64,000 bases of DNA. Origin: Tagaea sp. (GTDB lineage Bacteria > Pseudomonadota > Alphaproteobacteria > CACIAM-22H2). Below are positions 1 through 9,622 of the stretch, piece after piece. The first letter of the stretch is position 1. Every line of letters starts with the position of its first letter. A model generated the notes under the pieces. That model ran no database searches. It saw only the letters and a program-made list of their open reading frames with translations, and was not told the origin of the DNA. Where the stretch lies: the NCBI GenBank assembly GCA_965279525.1, contig CBDIIB010000005.1:1472001-1536000 (forward strand), read 5' to 3'. Position numbers and translations under genes: made by a program.

Positions 1-36
1 CCTCTCCCCTTGCGGGAGAGGGCTAGGGTGAGGGGT
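1..36. repeat. REP-like palindromic element (right half, truncated by the window edge)
   Basis: CCTCTCCC-CTTGC-GGGAGAGG hairpin followed by GGGTGAGGGG; matches the second arm of the element at 2515-2553. Confidence 0.75.
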
Positions 37-607
37 GTGTCGCCAGCTTCGTCGGCTTCAGCCGGTCGCGCTGTCTTGCTGTCTCCGCGTCTTCCGGCGG
101 GGCGGGGAGGCGGCGTTTGGCTTCGTGGATGATCTGTTCGGCGACGAGGTCGACGAGTTCGTCGCCTGTCTTCACGAGCGCGGCGGCCAGTTCGGACCCG
201 AGCAGTGCCCGCACGGTGCGTTCGACATCCTCGGGCACCCGGCCGACGATGCGCTTGCCGTCGAGGTCGTGCAGCTTCACGCGGTGGACGAAGATGTGCA
301 GGTTGCGCAGTGCGCGCAGCAAGGGCGCGTCGAGCCTGGCGATGCGCGCGTTGTAATCGCCACGATGGAAGGCGTAGCACTCGCTTCCTGCGATCGCGAT
401 GGCGCACGTGGCGCGCGGGGCGCGTTCCACCAGTGCGGTCTCGCCGAACAGGCGGCCCTCGACCAGCTCGTCGAGCACGATCTCGCGCGGCTCCCTTGCG
501 TGGAACAGCTTCACCTTGCCGGTCTTGAGGAGGAAGGCGTCGTTGCCCAGTTCCCCTTCGCGGAAGACGTACGTGCCGGCGATGTATTTGCGAACGAGTT
601 CTTGCAT
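23..607 (-). CDS. Cyclic nucleotide-binding domain protein
   Basis: cNMP fold motifs VFREGELG, LLKTGKV and FGETAL...PRAT; ATG at 607. Confidence 0.8.
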   Translation of the reverse strand: MQELVRKYIAGTYVFREGELGNDAFLLKTGKVKLFHAREPREIVLDELVEGRLFGETALVERAPRATCAIAIAGSECYAFHRGDYNARIARLDAPLLRALRNLHIFVHRVKLHDLDGKRIVGRVPEDVERTVRALLGSELAAALVKTGDELVDLVAEQIIHEAKRRLPAPPEDAETARQRDRLKPTKLATHPSP

Positions 608-658
608 TGCCCCCGGTTCCGAGGGCAAGTGTCGGCCAAACCTGTTTCCGAACTGTTA

Positions 659-2476
659 ATGCCGCCGCTTCTGATCCTCCAGGACATACGTGTCGCCTTC
701 GGCGACCCGCCCTTGCTCGACGGTGCCACCCTCGCGGTCGGCCCGGGCGAACGGCTGGCGCTTGTCGGGCGCAACGGCTCGGGCAAGTCGACGCTGCTCA
801 AGATTGCGGCAGGGTTTGTCACGCCGGACGGCGGGACACGCTTCGTCCAGCCCGGTACCACGATGCGCTACCTGCCGCAGGAACCCGACCTCACCGGCTT
901 CGACACCACACTTGCGTATGTCGAGGCGGGGCTGGTCGGCGACCAGGACCATTACCGCGCGCGCTACCTGCTTGAGCGCCTCGGCCTGACCGGGGAGGAA
1001 AACCCCGCCCATCTGTCGGGCGGCGAAGCGCGCCGGGCAGCCCTCGCGCGCGTGCTGGCCCCGTCGCCCGACATCCTGCTGATGGACGAGCCGACCAACC
1101 ATCTGGACCTGCCGGCCATCGCGTGGCTGGAAGCCGAACTCGCGAGCTTGCGCGGCGCCATGGTGACGATCAGCCACGACCGGCGCTTCCTGCAATCGCT
1201 GTCGCGCGCGATGGTGTGGCTCGACCGCGGCACCACGCGCCGGCTCGAACAGGGCTTTTCCGCGTTCGAGGAATGGCGCGACGACATTCTCACGCAGGAA
1301 GAAACGCAAGCCCACAAGCTCGTGCGCAAGATCGCGCGCGAGGAGGACTGGCTGCGCTACGGCGTGACCGCCAGGCGCAAGCGCAACGTGAAGCGGCTGG
1401 GCGACCTGCACGCCTTGCGCAAGCAGCGGCGTGAGCGCGTGGCCGCCGCCGGCAAGGCGACGATGTCGGCCTTCGCGGCCGATGGCTCCGGCACGCTCGT
1501 CATCGCGGCCGACGGTGTCACGAAGGAATATGGCGGCATCGCCGTCGTGCGTGATTTCTCGATCCGCATCCTGCGCGGCGACCGCATCGGCATCGTCGGC
1601 CCCAACGGGGCTGGCAAGACGACGCTGCTCAACATGCTGGTGGGTCAGCTTGCGCCCGACACCGGCGACGTGCGGCTGGGCACCGGCCTTGCGATGGTCA
1701 CGCTCGACCAGCGGCGCGAATCGCTCGACCCCGAGATGAGCCTTGCCGACACGCTGACCGGCGGGCACGGCGAGACCGTGTCGGTCGGCGGCACCACGCG
1801 CCACGTGCTGGCCTACATGAAGGACTTTCTCTTCGCCGCCCCGCAGGCGCGCACGAAGATGGCGGCGCTGTCGGGCGGCGAACGCGGCCGCGCGATGCTG
1901 GCACGCGCATTGGCGAAGCCCTCGAACCTGCTGGTGCTCGACGAGCCGACCAACGATCTCGACATCGAAACACTCGATCTGCTGCAGGAAGTGCTCGCCG
2001 AGTATACCGGCACCGTGCTTGTCGTCAGCCACGACCGCGACTTCCTCGACCGCGTGGCCACGTCCACCATCGTCGCCGAGGGCGACGGGCTGTGGCGCGA
2101 ATATGCCGGCGGCTATACCGACATGCTCGCCCAGCGCGGGCGCGGCGTGGAGGCGAAGTCGGTCCCGGTGTCGCTTGCCCCCACGCGCACGCCGGAAAAG
2201 CCGCGCGCGTCGAACGAACCGAAGAAGCGCATGGGCTTCAAGCAGAAGCACGCGCTCGAAACGCTGCCGGGCCGGATGGAAAAGCTGCGCGCCGCGATCG
2301 TCGCGGCGAACGCCGCGTTGGCCGATGCCGGTCTCTACGCGCGCGACCGCGCGGCATTCGACCGGCACACCGCTGCCCTCGCCAAGGCCGAAGCCGATCT
2401 GGCGGCCGCGGAAGACGAGTGGCTGGAGCTGGAGATGCTGCGCGAAGAGATCGAGAACCCCTCACCCTCACCCTAA
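659..2476 (+). CDS. uup: ABC-F family ATPase, Uup-like
   Basis: Two ABC domains (GRNGSGKST/LSGGE/DEPTNHLD and GPNGAGKTT/LSGGE/DEPTNDLD), GVTARRKRN linker and C-terminal coiled coil ending WLELE. Confidence 0.9.
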   Translation: MPPLLILQDIRVAFGDPPLLDGATLAVGPGERLALVGRNGSGKSTLLKIAAGFVTPDGGTRFVQPGTTMRYLPQEPDLTGFDTTLAYVEAGLVGDQDHYRARYLLERLGLTGEENPAHLSGGEARRAALARVLAPSPDILLMDEPTNHLDLPAIAWLEAELASLRGAMVTISHDRRFLQSLSRAMVWLDRGTTRRLEQGFSAFEEWRDDILTQEETQAHKLVRKIAREEDWLRYGVTARRKRNVKRLGDLHALRKQRRERVAAAGKATMSAFAADGSGTLVIAADGVTKEYGGIAVVRDFSIRILRGDRIGIVGPNGAGKTTLLNMLVGQLAPDTGDVRLGTGLAMVTLDQRRESLDPEMSLADTLTGGHGETVSVGGTTRHVLAYMKDFLFAAPQARTKMAALSGGERGRAMLARALAKPSNLLVLDEPTNDLDIETLDLLQEVLAEYTGTVLVVSHDRDFLDRVATSTIVAEGDGLWREYAGGYTDMLAQRGRGVEAKSVPVSLAPTRTPEKPRASNEPKKRMGFKQKHALETLPGRMEKLRAAIVAANAALADAGLYARDRAAFDRHTAALAKAEADLAAAEDEWLELEMLREEIENPSPSP

Positions 2477-2553
2477 CCCTCTCCCGCAAACGGGAGAGGG
2501 GACAAGAGTGAGCGTCCCCCTCTCCCCTCCGGGGAGAGGGCCGGGGTGAGGGG
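2458..2553. repeat. REP-like inverted doublet between convergent genes
   Basis: CCCTCACCCTAA-CCCTCTCCCG-CAAA-CGGGAGAGGG, then the inverted copy CCCTCTCCCC-TCC-GGGGAGAGGG-CCGGGGTGAGGGG. Confidence 0.85.
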
Positions 2554-2559
2554 TGGCCC

Positions 2560-3411
2560 TCAGAACTTCCCCGCCCGATAATCCTCGATCGCCTGGCGGA
2601 TCTCGGCTTCGGTGTTCATCACGAACGGGCCGTATTTGGCGACGGGTTCGCCCAGCGGCTTGCCGGCCACGAGGATGACGCGGGCGGGTTCGTCGCCGGT
2701 GCGCAACGTCACGCGGTCGCCCGCCGACAGCACGCCCATCTCGCCCTTCGACAACGGCGTGGGGCCGGCGACGGCGACACCTTCATAGACATAGAGGAAC
2801 GCGTTGTGTCCGGTGGCGACGGGTACGGCGATGCTCGCCTGCGGGGCGAGCGTCACGTCCAGATAGAGCGGCTCGGTCGCACCGGTGCGGACCGGACCCG
2901 CTGCACCGGCATAGCGCCCGGCGATCACCTTGACGCTCGAACCGTCGCCAAGCTCCACGACCGGCATCGCGTCGGCCGGCAGGTCCTGGTAGGCGGGTTC
3001 GCACATCTTGTCGGCTGCGGGCAGATTGACCCACAGCTGGAAGCCGCGCATCAGCCCTTCTTCCTGTTCGGGCATTTCCGAATGCACGATGCCGCGCCCG
3101 GCGGTCATCCACTGCACCGAACCGGGGCCAAGCAGGCCCACGTTGCCCTTGTTGTCGCCGTGGCGCATGCGCCCGTCGAGCATGTACGTGACCGTCTCGA
3201 AGCCGCGGTGCGGATGGTCGGGGAAGCCGGCGAGATAGGCATCCGGATCGTCCGAGCCGAACTCGTCGAGCATCAGGAACGGGTCGAGGTCGGGCAGGGC
3301 CCGCGTGCCGATCACGCGCGTGAGACGCACGCCGGCCCCGTCGCTGGTCGGCTGGCCCTTCACGATGCGGGCGACGGCGCGTTCGCGCAGGTCGGAGGCG
3401 ATGTCGGTCAT
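2560..3411 (-). CDS. Pirin family protein
   Basis: DPFLMLDEF, GFPDHPHRGFETVTY, WMTAGRGIVHSE and GPFVMN motifs. Confidence 0.95.
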   Translation of the reverse strand: MTDIASDLRERAVARIVKGQPTSDGAGVRLTRVIGTRALPDLDPFLMLDEFGSDDPDAYLAGFPDHPHRGFETVTYMLDGRMRHGDNKGNVGLLGPGSVQWMTAGRGIVHSEMPEQEEGLMRGFQLWVNLPAADKMCEPAYQDLPADAMPVVELGDGSSVKVIAGRYAGAAGPVRTGATEPLYLDVTLAPQASIAVPVATGHNAFLYVYEGVAVAGPTPLSKGEMGVLSAGDRVTLRTGDEPARVILVAGKPLGEPVAKYGPFVMNTEAEIRQAIEDYRAGKF

Positions 3412-3618
3412 GGTCGGATCCTTCGCAAGGTTCGCCGGATATTTGGGCGTTCCGCGACAGTTTTGCCAGATGCAGGCCCGCAACGCACCGTTCGCATGGC
3501 AGCAATGATGCACCCGAACCGTCACATTCCGGCTCGATTCTTGCGATAGACTGGCTTCCAAGTTGGGGAGTGAAGCGCATCTGCCATGTCCGTCTCCGGA
3601 CGAAGGGAAGATGTGCCA

Positions 3619-4152
3619 ATGCTTTACTATCGCAAGCTTCGCAGCTTCGACGCCGCCGATTTCGAAGCGCACCTGCTGAAGCTGGACGCGGCCGACCGGC
3701 GTGCCCGCTTTTCGGGCAACGTTTCCGACGCGGTCGTGGCGGCCCATGCCGCATCCGTCGACTGGCCTTCCGCCTGCCTGCTCGGCTGTTTTGACGGCAC
3801 GCTGCTGTGCGCGGTCGCCGAACTGCATGCCGACGGGAACCTTGCCGCGCGCGGCGGCGAATTCGCCGTGACGGTCGCACCCGCCTATCGCAACCGCGGT
3901 GTGGGGAGCGAGCTTCTGCGCCGCACGATCCTGCTGGCGCGCAACCGGATGATCGGCCGGCTGCACATGATCTGCCTGATCGACAACCAGCCGATGCGCC
4001 GCATGGCCGACAAGTTCCACGGCCAGCTCGATTTCGAGGACGGCCAGGTGTGGGCGAAGCTCGCCGTGCCCTATCCCGATCCGATGTCGCTGTTCTCGGA
4101 AGCCTATGCCGAAGGGATGGGGCTCGCCGCCGCGATGGGGGCCGCGCGGTAG
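3619..4152 (+). CDS. GNAT family N-acetyltransferase
   Basis: EFAVTVAPAYRNRGVGSELL acetyl-CoA-binding motif and NQPMRRMA. Confidence 0.85.
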   Translation: MLYYRKLRSFDAADFEAHLLKLDAADRRARFSGNVSDAVVAAHAASVDWPSACLLGCFDGTLLCAVAELHADGNLAARGGEFAVTVAPAYRNRGVGSELLRRTILLARNRMIGRLHMICLIDNQPMRRMADKFHGQLDFEDGQVWAKLAVPYPDPMSLFSEAYAEGMGLAAAMGAAR

Positions 4153-4154
4153 AT

Positions 4155-5717
4155 TCAGCCCGCCGTCTGGAACCGCGCGAGGAACTCGGCGAACGGCATC
4201 GGCCTTCCGAAATGCCAGCCTTGCGCGAACCGGACGCCGTGCTCGCGCAGGAACTGCGCCTGGGCTTCGGTCTCGACGCCCTCGGCGATCATCTCGAGCT
4301 TGAGGGACTTGGCCATCTCGATGATGTGGTGCACGACCTGGCTTGTCGCGGCCTCGGTGCCGATCGTGTCGACGAACGACTTGTCGATCTTCAGATAGTC
4401 GATCTCGAAACTCTCGAGCGACGACAGGCTCGAATAGCCGGTGCCGAAATCGTCGATGGCGACCCGCAGCCCCGCCGCGCGCAGCCGCCGGACGATGGCG
4501 CCCGCCAGCTTCGGGTCCGTGAAGCCGCGCTCGGTCGCCTCGACGATGAGATTGCCCGGCGCCGCCGCCGTCGCTTCGACCAGCCGTTCGAGCAGGGCGA
4601 CGGTCGTTTGCGAATGCAGGTCCTGCGACGACAGGTTTATGCCGATATGCAGGTTCGGATGCGTGCGGAACAGGCCGGCTGCGTCGCGGGCGACGAGTTT
4701 GACGACGCGCTCGGTGACGCGCTGGATCAGCCCGGCCCGCTCGGCCACCGGTATGAAGATGTCGGGCCGGACGGTCTCGCCGCCGCGCCGGCGCCAGCGG
4801 ATCAGCGCCTCGGCGCCGACCCATCGGCCGGTGCCGAGTTCCACGATCGGCTGATAGTGAAGGTGGAACTCGTCGTGCTTCAGGGCCGAGCGGATCACGG
4901 CCGGCATCGCAAGCTGGAGCCGCGCCAGGAACACGACGGCCGCCAGCAGGACCAGCCCGGCCGCCACGCCCACCGGCACGAGGATCTTCGTCGTCTCCCA
5001 CACGCGGTCGTCCAGCCGCGCGCGCGGCAGGGCGGCGATGGTGCCGATGTGGTAGCGCTTCGACGCGACGATGGCCACGATGCGGTCGCCTTCCACGAAC
5101 ACGGCCTCGGACCGGTCGCCGAGCCGGGCGACCCACTCGGGATGGATGTAGCCGCGCGAGGCCAGCACCCGGCGCTGGCCGCCCGACAGCGTCGCAAGCG
5201 AGATGTCGGCATCCACGGTCGTCACGTCGATGGGCAGATCCTTGTGGATGATCGCGGCGAATCCGTCCTGCTCGACCACCATGAACTTTTGCCCGGGTGC
5301 GAACGGAAACTCGACATTGATCCGGATTTTGGCACCCGCGGGCTGGACGACATCGACTTCGCCGAGCTGGAGGCGACTGCCATCGTTGCTGATCGACGAG
5401 CAGACGAATTCGTTTCCCGAGACGTGGCCGATGGCCTGGAGATAGCTCGACCCGATGTCGATCTCCTTCATCAGCGCGATCGCCTTGTCCGAGCACGGGT
5501 CCGTGCTGACGGCGTCGACGAGCCGGCCGATTCCGGACACGAGCTGGTCGGCGGTGCTGTCCGATCTCGACAGGGCGTCGCGCGCATAGACGAGCGCCAG
5601 ATCGGTCTCGGCGCGAAGCCCCTGCCGTTTCGCGAGTTCGAGCGCCAGCAGGACGGGTGCCGCGATCGCGGCGGCCCCGACGACCAGCGTCAGGAGCAAG
5701 GCGGCCCTTTTCTCCAT
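4155..5717 (-). CDS. CSS-motif EAL domain c-di-GMP phosphodiesterase
   Basis: Two TM segments flanking a periplasmic domain with PCS and VCSS; EAL domain with [25 protein letters not shown] and QG. Confidence 0.92.
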   Translation of the reverse strand: MEKRAALLLTLVVGAAAIAAPVLLALELAKRQGLRAETDLALVYARDALSRSDSTADQLVSGIGRLVDAVSTDPCSDKAIALMKEIDIGSSYLQAIGHVSGNEFVCSSISNDGSRLQLGEVDVVQPAGAKIRINVEFPFAPGQKFMVVEQDGFAAIIHKDLPIDVTTVDADISLATLSGGQRRVLASRGYIHPEWVARLGDRSEAVFVEGDRIVAIVASKRYHIGTIAALPRARLDDRVWETTKILVPVGVAAGLVLLAAVVFLARLQLAMPAVIRSALKHDEFHLHYQPIVELGTGRWVGAEALIRWRRRGGETVRPDIFIPVAERAGLIQRVTERVVKLVARDAAGLFRTHPNLHIGINLSSQDLHSQTTVALLERLVEATAAAPGNLIVEATERGFTDPKLAGAIVRRLRAAGLRVAIDDFGTGYSSLSSLESFEIDYLKIDKSFVDTIGTEAATSQVVHHIIEMAKSLKLEMIAEGVETEAQAQFLREHGVRFAQGWHFGRPMPFAEFLARFQTAG

Positions 5718-5908
5718 CGAGCTCCACCGCGGGTTGCCGGAATTCTTCGGACCGGGTCATGCCTGTCGGATCGAGCGCTATTTTCTGGCTTCCGTCACCA
5801 CGCTATATCTTCCCGATCGGGACACATAGCGGGATTTCCCCGATCGCGGGGCCGGCGCGCCAGATTGCGCTTGCCCCTGCGGCGGCAAAACCGGTATCCG
5901 CTTGCCGC

Positions 5909-6466
5909 ATGATCCGCACGACAGTCCATCTCATCCGCCACGGCCAGTCCCAGTTCAACGCCGCGTTCGACAGCATCAAGCGCATCGATCCGATGATCTT
6001 CGATCCGCGCCTGACCGAACTGGGACGCGCGCAGGCCGCGGCCCTTGCCGATCGCGCGCGCTGGGCGAAGGTCGAACTCGTCGTCGCCTCGCCGCTGACG
6101 CGCGCGATCGAGACCGCCCATCTCGCCTTCGACGGACACACGGCCCCCTTTCGCGTCGAGGCGCTGCACCGCGAGCGTGCCGAGCATTCGGGCGACATCG
6201 GCCGGCGCACGCAGGCACTGAAGGCCGATTTCCCGCATCTGGATTTCGACCATCTCGACGATCCGTGGTGGCATCACGATCCGGCCCGTCCCGACGCGAT
6301 CGCGGTCGAGAGCGAGGACCATCTGCTGGCGCGCGTGGAAACGTTCCGCGACTGGCTTGTCCAGCGGCGCGAGCGCGAGATCGCGGTCGTGGGCCACGGC
6401 ACGTTCCTCAACCGGCTTACCGGCAGGCATTTCCAGAACTGCGAAGTCCTGACGCTGGAGTTCTAG
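5909..6466 (+). CDS. Histidine phosphatase (phosphoglycerate mutase-like) family protein
   Basis: LIRHG, SPLTRAIET and VVGHG motifs. Confidence 0.9.
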   Translation: MIRTTVHLIRHGQSQFNAAFDSIKRIDPMIFDPRLTELGRAQAAALADRARWAKVELVVASPLTRAIETAHLAFDGHTAPFRVEALHRERAEHSGDIGRRTQALKADFPHLDFDHLDDPWWHHDPARPDAIAVESEDHLLARVETFRDWLVQRREREIAVVGHGTFLNRLTGRHFQNCEVLTLEF

Positions 6467-6520
6467 ACAGCCCGGGCTCCACGGCCGATGATGTCCGCCT
6501 TTCCCATCGTGGAGGCCGAC

Positions 6521-6850
6521 ATGCGCGGAATGCGGGTTTTCTTCGTCGCGACCGGGCTTTGCATCGCGGGACTTTCGCCAGCACTCGCCGATGCGATCGA
6601 CGGCGACTGGTGTTCGCCCAACGGCGCGCGGCATCTCTCCATCGACGGCCCGCGCATCGTCACTCCCACCGGTGCACGCATCGAGGGCAGCTACACGCGG
6701 CATACATTCGACTATGTCGCGCCGGCACGCGAACCCGAAGCGGGCAAGCGCGTCGAGATGCGCCTGATGGGCGAAACAGCGGTACAGTTCAGACCCGACG
6801 GCGAAAGCCAAGCGCAGATCTGGCGGCGATGCGCACGTCCCAATAGTTGA
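6521..6850 (+). CDS. Small exported hypothetical protein
   Basis: GGAGG RBS; signal peptide ending ALA-DAIDGDWC; two Cys in the mature region. Confidence 0.7.
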   Translation: MRGMRVFFVATGLCIAGLSPALADAIDGDWCSPNGARHLSIDGPRIVTPTGARIEGSYTRHTFDYVAPAREPEAGKRVEMRLMGETAVQFRPDGESQAQIWRRCARPNS

Positions 6851-6941
6851 GCGGTACTCTCAAAAGCGCGGATTTCCTCGGTTTTTGAAGATCGACCGTC
6901 GCGCAACATCGATTCTATCGGCATTTTCACAATTTTCCTGC

Positions 6942-6970
6942 TTGCCAAGATTCGGGCGAAGCGGCATACC
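6942..6970 (+). promoter_or_regulatory. Putative sigma70 promoter of the HU gene
   Basis: TTGCCA-N17-CATACC, an alphaproteobacterial-type -35/-10, surrounded by GANTC sites. Confidence 0.5.
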
Positions 6971-7166
6971 GAGTCTCAACCGCATGGCCGATTCGCCATC
7001 GAGTCGCCCTTCAAGGCGCTTCGAACGGATCGTCCAGCGGCGGCGCGTACGCCAACCGGGATGTCCCCGACCTGGCGCGCGCGACGTCCCGCCCCCGAGG
7101 GTCTCCGCGCCCGCGTTGCGAGGACCGTCGACAACCAAGAACCCTCAAGAGGAGGCCTATCCTCAA

Positions 7167-7457
7167 ATGGCCGAGAAGCAAGAAGTTGTGACGCTGAAGG
7201 CGATCGCTTACGAGCTCGCCGAGAAGCACGAGATCTCCAAGAAGCAGTCGGTCGAAGTCCTCGACGGCTTCGTGGCTGCCCTGACGAAGAGCCTCAAGAA
7301 GGGCGCGAAGATCCGCGTTCCGGGCCTGGGCATCTTCCAGGTGCGCAAGCGCCCGGCCCGCATGGGCCGCAACCCGGCGACGGGCGAAGCCATCAAGATC
7401 AAGGCGTCGAAGAAGGTTGCCTTCCGCGCTGCCAAGGATCTCAAGGAAGCGGTCTGA
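7167..7457 (+). CDS. HU family DNA-binding protein
   Basis: GLGIFQVRKRPARMGRNPATGEAIKI signature; GAGGAGG RBS. Confidence 0.95.
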   Translation: MAEKQEVVTLKAIAYELAEKHEISKKQSVEVLDGFVAALTKSLKKGAKIRVPGLGIFQVRKRPARMGRNPATGEAIKIKASKKVAFRAAKDLKEAV

Positions 7458-7487
7458 GCTTTCTTCTGATTTGATCTGACGACGTTC

Positions 7488-7526
7488 GAGGGGCGCGGGA
7501 TTTCGATCTCGCGCCCTTCTTCGTTT
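7488..7526 (+). terminator. Intrinsic terminator after the HU gene
   Basis: GAGGGGCGCGGGAT-TTCG-ATCTCGCGCCCTTC stem followed by TTCGTTT. Confidence 0.75.
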
Positions 7527-7537
7527 GGGGGTGCCGG

Positions 7538-7906
7538 ATGATGCTGAGTTACGTGATGCAGGGCACGAACGACCCGGAAGCGGCGTTCGCCTTCTACGAC
7601 GCGGTCCTCGCCCCGCTCGGCTATGTGCGCGGGGCCGGCACGCGTGGCTACGGGCCGCCGGGTGGCCCGCTCGAATTCTGGGTCGGCCGGCCCTTCGACG
7701 GCAAGCCGCACAATGTCGGCAATGGCTCGATGGTGTGCTTCATTGCACCCAGCCGTGCGGCCGTCGACGCCTTCCACGCCGCGTGCCTTGCCAATGGCGG
7801 CACGGATGAAGGCCCGCCAGGCATCCGGCGCTATGCCGCCGACTGGTACGCCGCCTACGCCCGTGACCGCGACGGCAACAAGCTGAGCGCGGTTTTCCGG
7901 GGTTGA
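7538..7906 (+). CDS. VOC/glyoxalase family protein
   Basis: FYDAVLAPLG, GNGSMVCF, GGTDEGPPG and YARDRDGNKL. Confidence 0.9.
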   Translation: MMLSYVMQGTNDPEAAFAFYDAVLAPLGYVRGAGTRGYGPPGGPLEFWVGRPFDGKPHNVGNGSMVCFIAPSRAAVDAFHAACLANGGTDEGPPGIRRYAADWYAAYARDRDGNKLSAVFRG

Positions 7907-8029
7907 TGCCGCCCCTTGTATCCGACTACATTCGACCCCGCGCGCGGCACAACAGGGGCGAAACCCGCCGTCGCGCGCCCCGATCCTGACCGTCAGTGGC
8001 AGGCGTGGAAACCTGGGAGCGAAACGAAA

Positions 8030-9085
<1,056 letters not shown>

Positions 9086-9182
9086 GACGGTTTCCGGCCG
9101 GGTTTTGCGCCCGGCCGGACGACCGCTAGGGAACGGGGGCCTCCGGGTGTAGAATTCCTCTCCTTCAGGGGAGGGACGCGCC

Positions 9183-9542
9183 ATGGCCTTGCCGGTTCCC
9201 GGTACCCGTTCGAAGCTCGCGATCCACGTCGCCGCCGGTGCCGCCGCCGACGACAAGAGCGTCATCGTCAAGCTGGTCGGGGTCACGCTGGTCTTCATCA
9301 CGGTGATGGGGATCATCGGCTATGTCGTGACCCGCTTTCCCGAACTGCTGACGGACGACAGCATCGCCGTCGTCGACGGCGTGGCCGTCAGCGTGCCCGA
9401 CGAACGCAATGCCGGGGAGTCGCAGACCTACCGCTGCCGGATGAGCAAGGAATTCGTCATGGAGCCGAACTCGACCCGCGTCAGCACGACCGTCACGCGG
9501 ACGGCCTGCGGCTACGAAAACACGGCCGGCCCGTCGCGATGA
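9183..9542 (+). CDS. Hypothetical single-pass membrane protein
   Basis: GGAGG RBS; one hydrophobic segment; codon usage like neighbouring genes. Confidence 0.6.
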   Translation: MALPVPGTRSKLAIHVAAGAAADDKSVIVKLVGVTLVFITVMGIIGYVVTRFPELLTDDSIAVVDGVAVSVPDERNAGESQTYRCRMSKEFVMEPNSTRVSTTVTRTACGYENTAGPSR

Positions 9543-9622
9543 TGGGGGCGTTAACCGCCTGATCCGCAAAGCCGCCTCGCCGTCGCCGCACGCCCGCCGC
9601 ATTCGCGTGTAGAATCCGGCCT

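Noticed and set aside
2560-5760. 1066-aa ORF as a fusion protein
   Set aside because: Only the last 283 aa are pirin; the rest is an off-frame shadow of the EAL gene and antisense to the GNAT gene.
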